From contig JBCCQY010000078.1 of NCBI GenBank assembly GCA_039208735.1, positions 1-38,780 of the forward strand: a DNA stretch of 38,780 bases, read 5' to 3'. The notes under the pieces are model-generated. The model made no database searches, was not told the DNA's origin, and saw only the letters and a list, made by a program, of their open reading frames with translations. This stretch comes from Myxococcota bacterium. GTDB taxonomy: Bacteria; Myxococcota_A; UBA796; GCA-2862545. Shown here in pieces: positions 10,834-20,600 of the stretch. The first letter of the stretch is position 1. Each line of letters opens with the position of its first letter. The position numbers and the translations under genes are program-made.

Positions 10834-11685
10834 CTACCGCCGCCAGTACGGACCTGCGTTGGGCACGCGGGGAACTCGAGGGGATGGCGGCGGAGGCCAA
10901 ATGGTGCGGATGTGGTCGCCCAACGGACGACTGGGGTCGACCTGCCGGGGGTAGCCGTACGACACTTCCTCGAACCGCACCCCATCTCGCCAATCGGTGG
11001 CCGGCATATGCAGATGCCCGCTCACGACGACCTCGGCTCGGTAGCGAAGGTGCCAATCCTCGGTCTCGGTGGTGCCACACCAGGGGGTGAACCGGGGAAT
11101 GCGAAACAGCCGGCAGAGGTCACGGCGCAGGGGCCAGTGATTGACCAGGATGGTTCGTTCGTCCGGTTCCAACTCGGCGAGCCGGGCTTGCGCATCGTCC
11201 AACCGGGCCCGACACCACGCCTGTCGTGTGCCGAAGTCACCAGGTTCGAGGCGCCGTTCATCGGCACAAACGATGCCGCCTTCCCGTGACCATCGCACCA
11301 CGGCCTCGGGCGAGAGCCCTGCCGGACCGAACGAGTAGTCGTAGAGCAGGAACAACGGGACTAAGCGAAGACCTGGCTCGACAACGGGCCACGGGTCTTC
11401 GGGGGTGAGCACGCCCCACTCCCGACACAGCGCGACCAACGCGTCGTACTTGTCGGGGCCTGCTCCATCGCCCTTGGTGGTCCATAGCTCATGGTTGCCC
11501 GGCACCCAGATCACGGTGTGGTAGCGCGGCACCACCACCTCGAGCACCAGTTTGAGGTGATCGCATGACTCTCCAATGTCTCCGCCCAAAATGAGCCAGT
11601 CATCTCGATGGGCGGGCAACTCCGAGAGTCGAGCTGCGGTACGGGGGTGCCCGACGTGAAGGTCCGAAATGGCAAAGATGGACAA
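10834..11685 (-). CDS. Calcineurin-like metallophosphoesterase
   Basis: ISDLH, GGDI, PGNHELW, NHWP and SGHLH motifs. Confidence 0.9.
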   Translation of the reverse strand: MSIFAISDLHVGHPRTAARLSELPAHRDDWLILGGDIGESCDHLKLVLEVVVPRYHTVIWVPGNHELWTTKGDGAGPDKYDALVALCREWGVLTPEDPWPVVEPGLRLVPLFLLYDYSFGPAGLSPEAVVRWSREGGIVCADERRLEPGDFGTRQAWCRARLDDAQARLAELEPDERTILVNHWPLRRDLCRLFRIPRFTPWCGTTETEDWHLRYRAEVVVSGHLHMPATDWRDGVRFEEVSYGYPRQVDPSRPLGDHIRTIWPPPPSPRVPRVPNAGPYWRR

Positions 11686-11748
11686 CGAACTCGTCCCCCG
11701 GCATCCGATGATGTCGATTATGTAAGGGCTTTGATTTACGGAGGTCTA

Positions 11749-12756
11749 ATGCGAACGGCTGTGTTTTTGACCCTGGCCTTGGCGTGTAACGTCGACTCGG
11801 CTGACCCGACGGACACCTCGCCGCAACCTCCGCCCGCTGTGCTGCCCGAGGTGCCGACCGAAACCAAGACCGAGACAGGTCCAGGTTGCGACTACTTCCT
11901 GGCGTCTTCGGACCCCTTCGATGGCGAGACCGACGTCTTCTACCGCGACGACGTGGTCATGCAGGTGACCGAGGCGCCTCCGAGCGCCCAGATCGTGGTC
12001 TCAGATCGAGATGGGACCGTCATCCCCGGCACCACGACGATCGAAAAGCTCGACGTACGCTGGTCGGGCGACCCCATGACGCCCAACACGTTCCACCGGG
12101 CCACCCTCGTCATCGAAGGCTGCGATGACCAGGCGGTCGAGTTCCTCGTTTCGACGACGGGCATGCCGGCGGGCAATGTGAGTGGCAGCACCTACGAGGT
12201 GGATCTGACGAGCGGTGTGTGGACCGAGCCGCCGGGTATCGGTGCGGTCATCGGGACGCTGATTCCCACCGATGCACTCTTCCTAAGCCCGCAGATCGAT
12301 GGCCCAGACCTCTCCATGACCGCGGCGTTTGTCGACATGAGGGGCGAACAGGCGTGGTGTTTGCCCACGATTCCCTTCCCCACGGCCCCCTACGATGACC
12401 CCTACTTCGAGGCGGTGACCCAAGAACTCTCCTTTGAGATCTTGGACACCGAGGTGTCTCTGGGAGACGTGTCGCTGACGGGTGCCTTCGCGCCGAATGG
12501 CGGCCGCATTGACGCGATGGCGCTTTCGGGCACGCTCGACGTTCGCGATGTGGAGGACTTCCTTGCGGGCCTCGATCTGTGCGCGGTGGTCGCCGAGGCA
12601 GGGGCCGCCTGCTTTGCGTGCCCCGATAGCGTGGTGGCGTGCGTGGCCTTGACCGTTGAGGATCTGGACGCCACACTGGCGGGCGACGTGACGGTCGTGG
12701 AGCGTACGCTCGACGACATCGAGAGTGACCCGACGTGTGTAGCCTACGGCTCGTGA
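11749..12756 (+). CDS. Putative lipoprotein with an Ig-like (SbsA/Big_5-like) N-terminal domain
   Basis: GGAGG before ATG 11749; MRTAVFLTLALAC lipobox; SDPFDGETDV...IPGT...PMTPNTFH; Cys cluster near the C-terminus. Confidence 0.75.
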   Translation: MRTAVFLTLALACNVDSADPTDTSPQPPPAVLPEVPTETKTETGPGCDYFLASSDPFDGETDVFYRDDVVMQVTEAPPSAQIVVSDRDGTVIPGTTTIEKLDVRWSGDPMTPNTFHRATLVIEGCDDQAVEFLVSTTGMPAGNVSGSTYEVDLTSGVWTEPPGIGAVIGTLIPTDALFLSPQIDGPDLSMTAAFVDMRGEQAWCLPTIPFPTAPYDDPYFEAVTQELSFEILDTEVSLGDVSLTGAFAPNGGRIDAMALSGTLDVRDVEDFLAGLDLCAVVAEAGAACFACPDSVVACVALTVEDLDATLAGDVTVVERTLDDIESDPTCVAYGS

Positions 12757-12757
12757 T

Positions 12758-14029
12758 TTGACCTCGAATGCCCCACCCCGCGTCCTTTCGGGGTGGGACA
12801 TCGCCGCCATCGGCCTGAACGCGGTCATCGGTTCGGGCATCTTCCTGCTCCCCGGGTCGGCGGCGGAGAACCTGGGGCCCGCAGCCCTGGCGGCGTTTGC
12901 CGTCGCCGGAGGCCTCTGCCTCCTCATCGCATTGTGCTTTGCCGACGCAGGAAGCCGCTTCTCCGGCACAGGCGGACCCTCCCTTTACGCTGAAGCGGCG
13001 TTTGGACCGTTCGTCGGATTCCAGGTGGCGTGGATCTCCTGGATCATCCGGGTGGTCTCGTGGGCCGCATTGGCCAACGGATTCGCCATGGCGCTTGCGG
13101 TGGTGGTTCCAAGCCTCTCTGAGTGGACCACCCAAGTGGCGACCGGCGTCCTCGTCGCGCTGGGCGTCGCCAACGGGTTTGGCGTTCGCTTGGGGGCGAG
13201 CATCGTCAATGGACTCACCGTGGTGAAGTTGATCCCGCTGCTGGCCTTCGTGGCCATCGGGATCTTTGCTGCCGACCTCGGACGCCTTGAACCGTTTGCT
13301 CCGCACGGATGGTCGCCCCTCGGAGCCACGGTATTGCTCGTGTTGTGGGCCTACGCGGGATTCGAGAATGTGGGCGTTCCCGCCGGTGAGGTTCGCAATC
13401 CGCAACGGGCTGTGCCCCGGGCTTTGGTTGGCGTGATGGCCCTGGTCACCGTGCTCTACCTGCTCGTATTCTGGGTCGCCGCCACGACGCATCCGTCGTT
13501 GGCGGGTTCCGGTGCGCCCGTCGCGGAAGCCGCGATGGAGGTGATGGGCTCGGTTGGGGGACCGTTCATCGCCGTAGGGATTGCGATTTCGGTCCTTGGA
13601 ACCTGCGCGGGCTCTGCGATCGTGGCGCCGCGCTTTCTCTATGCGTTGGTCGCGGACCGGCCCCGATTCCCTATCCTTGCCCGATTGCATCCCGTTACCG
13701 GGGCCCCGATTCCTGCCATCGTCGTATCGACGGTGATCAGTGTGATTTTGGCTGCGTCAGGAAGCTTCGAGCAGCTCGCGGTGGTGAGTGTGGTTGCGCG
13801 GTTCGCCCAGTACATCCCCACGTGTCTGGCGGTGCTCGTGTTTCAACGGCGTGGGTCGCCCCCGACACAGGGGTTCACCCTGCCCGGAGGGCCCACCATT
13901 CCGGTCGTGACGACCGTGCTGTGCTTGGGGCTGTTGGCGCTCGCTCCGGGCCCCCGATTGCTCGCCGGGTGCGCAGCGGTGCTTGCGGGCTTGCCCGCCT
14001 ACGGCTTGCTACGCCGCCCGGGTCGCTGA
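12758..14029 (+). CDS. APC-family amino acid permease
   Basis: IGSGIFLLPG, GGPSLYAEAAFG, WAYAGFE, GEVRNPQRAVPRA and APRFLYA motifs; about 12 hydrophobic segments. Confidence 0.93.
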   Translation: MTSNAPPRVLSGWDIAAIGLNAVIGSGIFLLPGSAAENLGPAALAAFAVAGGLCLLIALCFADAGSRFSGTGGPSLYAEAAFGPFVGFQVAWISWIIRVVSWAALANGFAMALAVVVPSLSEWTTQVATGVLVALGVANGFGVRLGASIVNGLTVVKLIPLLAFVAIGIFAADLGRLEPFAPHGWSPLGATVLLVLWAYAGFENVGVPAGEVRNPQRAVPRALVGVMALVTVLYLLVFWVAATTHPSLAGSGAPVAEAAMEVMGSVGGPFIAVGIAISVLGTCAGSAIVAPRFLYALVADRPRFPILARLHPVTGAPIPAIVVSTVISVILAASGSFEQLAVVSVVARFAQYIPTCLAVLVFQRRGSPPTQGFTLPGGPTIPVVTTVLCLGLLALAPGPRLLAGCAAVLAGLPAYGLLRRPGR

Positions 14030-14242
14030 ACGGACCGCTTCGACAATCGCATCGTCCGCGGGGAAGCCATGGGCCGGTGTCTTCTTCGCCACCACCTCGC
14101 CATTGACTTCAATGATGAAAATTCCGCCCGAGCCCTTGATCAACTCGGGCGACAGGTCGAGTTCCTGCTTGATTTGGGCCGCCACCCGGGCGGCACGAGG
14201 CAAGTAGCCTCAAGAACCACAATACGTAATCGTCACCGACAT
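14009..14242 (-). CDS. SelT/SelW/SelH (Rdx) family selenoprotein, 77 aa, with in-frame UGA read as Sec11
   Basis: AGGAGGT then ATG 14242: MSVTITYCGS-U(TGA 14212-14210)-GYLPRAARVAAQIKQELDLSPELIKGSGGIFIIEVNGEVVAKK...GFP. CxxU, GGxF and FP are Rdx motifs. Confidence 0.9.
14178..14194 (-). promoter_or_regulatory. Candidate bacterial SECIS hairpin
   Basis: mRNA GCCGCC-CGGGU-GGCGGC begins 15 nt after the UGA, with a G-containing apical loop about 21 nt downstream. Confidence 0.7.
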
Positions 14243-14278
14243 CGTGACCTCCTACTTGGTCACGCCGTAACGTTACCG

Positions 14279-15430
14279 CTACGGGTCCTGGGGTCCATAG
14301 GAGAGCCCATCGTGAGCGGCAAGGTTGGTCTCCAAGGAGTACCGCTGGTAATTGTGGGCCGGAACGAAGAGCGACAGGTACCCGCCTTGGTCGATGTAGT
14401 AGACCTCGTCGAGGTCAGGGACGTAGGCGAGACCCCCACGAGGCCGCTCGAAGTTGGTGTTGTCGACGTACACCGGCTGCAGGGAGCTGTCGTACAGATC
14501 GATGAGGAAGAGCGTGCCGGCAAATCCGCCCGCGCCCCCGTCGTAGCCCAACCGAGAGGAGCGGAAGCTATCGTAGGCCAAGCCATCGAGGGAGACGTAG
14601 GGGGTTTCGGCGTCTTCAACCACCGCGACCGTCACGGGGTCGATCTGCACGATGTGCTCGTCGGCACTGCCTAGAAGCAACCCCGATACCGGGTCGTAGG
14701 TGAGTCCCGACAACGAAGAGACCCCGTGCGAGCCTACGAGGGTCGCCGCCCCGGTTGTCGGATCGACGGTGTAGAGGTTTGTGCCTGCGTCCCCGTCGAC
14801 CATCCACATCGTGGACCCGTCCCAGGCGAGGTCGCCACCGTCGAACGGCACCCCCAGAAGGCCCCGTGGCTCGATCAGATCGGAGGTGAGGTCGAACCGA
14901 CGCAGGAAGTCGTCGTCTTCCCGAACCGTGTAGACCCAGATGGGGCATGCGGGATTGCCGTTGCAGTCTTGGTCGATCTCATCGTCACAGATCTCGGGAG
15001 CACCCAGGTAGATGGTTTCGTTTCGATCGTCGCAGTCGACGTCGATGGTCTGGCCATCTTGGTCGAGGTCATCGTCGAGGGTCTTCGGGTCACAATCGTT
15101 GTCGACCCCGTCGTACGATTGCTCCTTGGCCTTGGGCGAGACCTCAGCGTTGGCGTCGTCGCAGTCCTCGGCCACGCCAAAGCCATCTTCGTCCAGGTCA
15201 TCGTCAGGCGTGGAGGGGTCGCAATCTTCGTCGACGCCCGTGTAGGGCACCTCGTCGGCGTTGGGTGAAACGGCCGCGTTGGTGTCATCACAATCGAGGT
15301 TGGCGGGCACCCCGTCTGCGTCCTCGTCCACTTGGGTGCCGACTGGCCCCTCACACGGGTCCAGACAGGCCTCCTTCGGGTTGAGGTTCACCCACGTGCA
15401 GGCCACCATCCCAAAGGCCAATCCCAGCAT
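14279..15430 (-). CDS. Lipoprotein with three Asp/Cys-rich putative metal-binding (MopE-like) repeats and a C-terminal beta-propeller-like region
   Basis: MVAC lipobox; three copies of DxDxDG..DCDD....P.A.E...G.D.DC; GDLAWDG, LYTVDPTTGAATLVG and GLTYDP blade-like repeats. Confidence 0.8.
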   Translation of the reverse strand: MLGLAFGMVACTWVNLNPKEACLDPCEGPVGTQVDEDADGVPANLDCDDTNAAVSPNADEVPYTGVDEDCDPSTPDDDLDEDGFGVAEDCDDANAEVSPKAKEQSYDGVDNDCDPKTLDDDLDQDGQTIDVDCDDRNETIYLGAPEICDDEIDQDCNGNPACPIWVYTVREDDDFLRRFDLTSDLIEPRGLLGVPFDGGDLAWDGSTMWMVDGDAGTNLYTVDPTTGAATLVGSHGVSSLSGLTYDPVSGLLLGSADEHIVQIDPVTVAVVEDAETPYVSLDGLAYDSFRSSRLGYDGGAGGFAGTLFLIDLYDSSLQPVYVDNTNFERPRGGLAYVPDLDEVYYIDQGGYLSLFVPAHNYQRYSLETNLAAHDGLSYGPQDP

Positions 15431-15473
15431 TGCGTCCCCCGGTCAGCGCGGAACGTAGCACGCTCGCTCGCGT

Positions 15474-16088
15474 TCAAGGGGTGGCGGAGAGGTCGGTGAA
15501 ATAAACCCGAAACGCTCCGTCTTCGGTGGGGTGGTTGGTGGCGACCTTGAGCGGACCCAATCTCTCGGGCGTGTTGAAGGCGACGGTTAGCGAGGGCTCG
15601 TCTGCGTTGCGACGCCGGTAGTGCCACGCCACAATTTCGCCTTGCGCGTTGTGAAAAAGGTCGTACGCATCGCCTGGCGTGTATCCGCCCCCGACCGCGG
15701 GGTAGCGCACGGTGGTCTTTAGGGCTGCCCCCTCGCCGAACGGCATCGCGGTGGTGCCATGCTCGGTCACTTCGATGTCGGTGGCCCATCCCACATGGCA
15801 CTGCGGGTACAGCCAAAACGAATCGTTGATGAATTGTGCATCGGCACGGGTCTGCGCCTCGTTCGTTGGGGCGCCGCGCGTGAAGGTGATGGACTCGCCA
15901 CTCACCGTTCGTGTGACCTGATTGGTCTTCGGTGAAATCAGCCATTCTCGGCTGACTTTCAGTTCACCCTCGGTCTCGACATGAAAGGTGAATCGGACCT
16001 CCTCATAGGTTGACAGGATCTCGCATCCTTCGATGGAGAGAGGGAGATCCGCCGCGAAGCTGCTCGTGGACAGGAGCACCGCGATCAT
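15474..16088 (-). CDS. Secreted hypothetical protein (DUF6503-like)
   Basis: GGAGG SD, short signal peptide, FINDSFWL and GGYTPGDAYDLF motifs. Confidence 0.7.
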   Translation of the reverse strand: MIAVLLSTSSFAADLPLSIEGCEILSTYEEVRFTFHVETEGELKVSREWLISPKTNQVTRTVSGESITFTRGAPTNEAQTRADAQFINDSFWLYPQCHVGWATDIEVTEHGTTAMPFGEGAALKTTVRYPAVGGGYTPGDAYDLFHNAQGEIVAWHYRRRNADEPSLTVAFNTPERLGPLKVATNHPTEDGAFRVYFTDLSATP

Positions 16089-16201
16089 GGGCTGTTCCTC
16101 CAGGTCGGCTCAGGTTGGCCTTGTCGTCATGGGATGGCAAGCCGTGGCTGAATGTCCGCATCGCGGAGCCGATAGGAGCGGCAGCTCGTCGGGAGTGACG
16201 T

Positions 16202-17485
16202 ATGGGACATTCGGGGCGGGGCAGCGTGCTCGTGGTTGACGATTCGGCCCTGAAGCGGACCCTGCTCACGCAGCGGCTCGCGGACGAAGGCTGGACTTGT
16301 TTTGAGAGCTTGTCGGGGACCGGGGTGGCGAGGCGCGTGGAGCGGCTCCGCCCTGACGTGGTTGTGGCCCAGGCAGACCTCCTCCACGGAGGCGCTTACC
16401 GAATCATCGATGAACTGTCCGCCTCGGATGCATCGGTTCCCGTGATCTTGGTCAGTGCGGAGTGCGCGCCACGTGATGCACTCGCGGCCATCCGGGCCGG
16501 TGCATTTGACCAGGTGGCGATCGACGATGCGACGTTGGACCCGCTCCTGGCGGCGTTGGAACGTTCCCTTCGCCATATTGATGTTCTGCGAGAGAATCGG
16601 CGACTGACCTGCGAGTTGCAAGAGGCGAATCGGGCCCTCGGTAGGCAGCTTCAGGAACTCGAGCATCAGAATCGCCGACGACGGTTGGTCGAGGACGCTC
16701 TCACCATCGCGCGGGACCACGCCATGTCGGCCAGCCAGGCGAAATCTGCGTTTCTGACCAACATGAGCCACGAACTCCGTACGCCGCTGAACGCGATGCT
16801 TGGCTACGCCGAATTGATGTCGGAGACCGTCGATGATGCTCGGATCGTGTCCGACCTCGGCCGCATCGTGTTCGCCGGGCACCACCTGCTGAGCCTGATC
16901 GACGATGTTCTCGACCTTGCGAAAGTCGAAGCCGGAACCGCTCGGGTGATGCTCGCGGACGTTGAGGTGGACCTGATCATCGAGGCAGTACGGCTCCAGG
17001 CGACCCCCGCCATCCTGCAACGCGGGCTTGTCTTTGAGATTGACCGAGGAACCAAGCCCCTAGGCGAGATCCGGGTCGACCAACGGCTGGTGTTGCAGTG
17101 CCTTCACCAACTGGTCGACAACGCCATCAAGTTCACCGAAGAAGGTAAAGTGGGCCTTCGCGCGCGACGGCAGGGAGACCGACTGCTCTTCGAGGTCAGT
17201 GACACCGGTTGCGGGATTGCCCCTCGGGAACAAGCCGTGATCTTTCATGCATTCAATCATGGCGAACGAGCGCCCAGCACATCTCGGACTGGCCCAGGAT
17301 TGGGCCTTACCATTGCTCGGCGTTTGTGCGACATAATGGGTGGCGCACTCTCCTTGAACAGCGAAGTCGGGGCTGGTTCGACGTTTACCGTCGTGCTTCC
17401 GGTCGTGGGCCGTGACTTCGTTGCTGAAGAGGGCGAGGAATCAAGCGAATTCGCCGACTGGCCTGGCTTGCCGGTTCCTCGCTGA
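16202..17485 (+). CDS. Hybrid histidine kinase with an atypical N-terminal receiver domain
   Basis: VLVVDDS receiver, coiled coil, HisKA (NMSHELRTPLN) and HATPase (DNAIKFT, DTGCGI, GLGL, GAGSTF). Confidence 0.92.
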   Translation: MGHSGRGSVLVVDDSALKRTLLTQRLADEGWTCFESLSGTGVARRVERLRPDVVVAQADLLHGGAYRIIDELSASDASVPVILVSAECAPRDALAAIRAGAFDQVAIDDATLDPLLAALERSLRHIDVLRENRRLTCELQEANRALGRQLQELEHQNRRRRLVEDALTIARDHAMSASQAKSAFLTNMSHELRTPLNAMLGYAELMSETVDDARIVSDLGRIVFAGHHLLSLIDDVLDLAKVEAGTARVMLADVEVDLIIEAVRLQATPAILQRGLVFEIDRGTKPLGEIRVDQRLVLQCLHQLVDNAIKFTEEGKVGLRARRQGDRLLFEVSDTGCGIAPREQAVIFHAFNHGERAPSTSRTGPGLGLTIARRLCDIMGGALSLNSEVGAGSTFTVVLPVVGRDFVAEEGEESSEFADWPGLPVPR

Positions 17486-17684
17486 CCTCGCCGCACCGGA
17501 TCGGGTCGGCAAACGAGGGTCTACACGTCGGATTTCGTCATTTTGTCGTACCTGCGAATCCATAGGATCCAGCACAGCAACGGTCATGTGACGGGCTGCC
17601 TAGGCGGGGAAGGTCGTCTTTTGAGGTGCGAGGCGGGTCAGCTTCATCTAGAGTCGGGTGCCCGTGAAGTGGAGTGAGCCCACG

Positions 17685-20600
17685 ATGAGACCATTATTGA
17701 TAGCTTTGTGGGGAGGTCTCGTACTCTCCGCATGCTCCGGTGACGATGACAAGCCGCCCGACGCCGATACGGACACGGACGCAGACACCGATGCCGATAC
17801 GGACAGCGATACCGACTCCGATACGGATTCCGATACTGACGCGGACACGGATTCGGACACCGATGCTGACACGGATTCGGACACCGATGCTGACACCGAC
17901 GCCGATACAGACGCGGATACTGATGCAGATACCGCGCCTACCGGCGATACGGGAATGATGTTTGCGTGCCCGCAAAACGTGATTGCGGGCCCCGGTTCGT
18001 ACAACACGAACATCACCGGATTCCCGGACCAAAACGCGCCCAGTTGCGGAAACTTGGCCTCATCGGGCCCGGACACCACGTTTGAGTTTACGCCGGCTGC
18101 AGATGGACTCTACAAGTTCGACACCTTTGGCTCCGCCTTCGATACCGTTGTCACGGTGCGCGAAGGGTGCGTGGGTGCAGAGCTGGTCTGCAACGATGAT
18201 GCAGGCGCGGGTACGCAGTCCGAAGTGGTTGTCGACCTTATTGGTGGTACCACCTACGTGGTTTACGTCGACGCCCGATTGGCGACGACGCCTCTGAATG
18301 GCGGTGACGTCATTTTGAACGTGGCGCTGTCCGCTCCGGAAGTCTGCGACAACTTCATCGATGATGACTTCAACGGCGATGCTGACTGTTTCGATGCGGG
18401 CTGTCTCAACGACCCCGCGTGTTGTCCGCTCGACGTTCTCCCCGGTTTGGGCCAGGCGACCGGAAACGTTGTCGGTCTGCCGAATCTGACCGACCCGAGC
18501 TGCGGTGGCACCGGTGGTGCGGAGACCACCTTTGAATTCACCGCGCCGAACGACGGCTTGTTCCGCTTCGACACCGTCGGTAGCTCCTTCGATACCGTTC
18601 TGTACGTGCTCGACAGCTGCCAGGGCACCGAGCTTGCGTGTGACGATGACAGCGAACAGGGCACGCTGTCGGCGCTCAATGTGAACCTCGTGGGCGGCCA
18701 GAGCTACATCATCACCGTCGATGCGTTCAGCGACATGAGCGTCCTCAATGGTGGCGGTGTGGTCCTCAACGCACAGGAAGTGTTCCCCGAGAACTGCGCC
18801 GACGCGGTCGACAACGACCTTGACGGTGACCTCGACTGCGCGGATGCGGACTGCCTCGGCGATCCGAACTGCCAGGTCGAGTTCTGCGACGACGGCGGCG
18901 ACAACGATGCTGACGGTCTCATCGACTGCGACGACCCCGACTGCGCGGCCGATACGGTGTGCTTGGGTGAAACGTGCGATGACGGGGCTGACAACGACCT
19001 CGATGGCGACGTTGACTGCTTCGATGCGGACTGCCTGACGGATGCGGCGTGCTGCCCGGCCAAGATTGCGACCGGTGTGGGCACGTTCAACACCAACACG
19101 ATCGGCATGCCAAACCTCCTCGAGCCCAGCTGCGGCCAGTTCGTGTTCTCGGGTTCGGAAACGACGTTCGAGTTCACGGCCCCGAACACCGCTGACTACT
19201 TGTTCAGCGCCGCGGGCAGCAACTTCTTCGCGACCATTACGGCGCTCGACACCTGCGGTGGCACGGAAATCGATTGTGTCGACAACTTCCCAGCCCCCTC
19301 TGAATTGATCGTTCCGATGCAGGCCGGCCAGACCATCGTGTTGGTGGTCGACTCGACGAGCAACCAGCTCCCGGGTGGCGACTTGGTGTTCACGATCTTC
19401 GAGATCGGACCCGAGGTGTGCGGCGACAACATCGACAACGATCTCAATGGCGACTTCGACTGCTTCGATGCGGCGTGTGCGGCGGACCCCACCTGCGGCA
19501 ACGAAGTGTGTGACGACGCGATCGACAACGACACCGACCTCCTGCTCGACTGCAACGACCCCGATTGTGCGAACAACGCGGTTTGCTGCCCGATCAACAC
19601 GGCCGTCGGCACGGGCACCTTCTCGGCGAACACCGCGGGCAACGCCAGTGTTTCCGAGCCCACCTGCGGTGGTGTAGCGGGCACTCCCGACACGAGCTTC
19701 GAGTTCACGCCGCCTGCCGATGGCAACTACCGCATCGACACGTTCGGTACGGCGTTCGACACCCTCTTGTCCGTGGAACTCGGATGTGGTGGTGCGGTCG
19801 TCGGCTGTAACGACGATTCTCAGGGCCTGTTGCAGTCAGAACTGTTCCTGCAGCTGATCGGCGGTGAGACCTACGTGATTCAGGTCGACGGCTTCGACCC
19901 GACCGAAGTGGGCAACGCGATCGTCAACATCGCGCTTGTGGCCGACGAAGTTTGTGACGACGGTGCCGACAACGACGGTGACCTGTTCACCGACTGCGCC
20001 GACCCCGAGTGTGCGAACGATGGCAACTGTGTTGAGGACTGCCAGAACGGGATCGACGACGATGCCGACGGCACGATCGACTGTAAGGACCTCGGATGTG
20101 GCGCAAGCCCAGCCTGCTGCCCCTCGCTCACGGGCAACTCGGTTCCCTTCATCTTCATCGGTGACCTCGTCAACCAGGGCGACGCGCAGGCGCTTTCCTG
20201 CACCGCGGACGGCCTCGGCAACGACTTCAGCGTCGAGTTCACGGCCCCGCAGGATGGTGACTACCTGTTCTCCAGTGCCAACTCTGGTTCGGCAGTTCGC
20301 ATCGGGCTGCTCCAGCAGTGCGGTGGCTTCGAGCTGGACTGTGACGCACAGGGTGTGGGCAGCATTCGCCAGACCCTGACGGCCGGTGAAACCGTCGTCG
20401 TGGTTGTTGAAGCGGAAGACGCACTTGCGAACGGTCCGTTCCAGATCGACATCGACCTCATCGCGGCCTTCGAAGCGGACTGTCTCAACGGTGTGGATGA
20501 TGACCTTGATGGCGTGGCCGACTGTGCCGACACCGATTGCTCGTACGTTTCGGCGTGCTTCGAGATCGATTGCGGAAACCTCTACGACGACGACAACGAC

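Noticed and set aside
14009..14242. Pseudogene with a premature stop
   Set aside because: The TGA falls exactly at the CxxU position and is followed by a SECIS-like hairpin.
17486..17560. c-di-GMP-I riboswitch suggested by GGCAAAC
   Set aside because: The GNRA-capped P2 and the downstream GCAAAG/P3 elements are absent.
17648..18079. SVSASVS-repeat ORF on the minus strand
   Set aside because: It is the antisense shadow of the D-(T/A/S) repeat.
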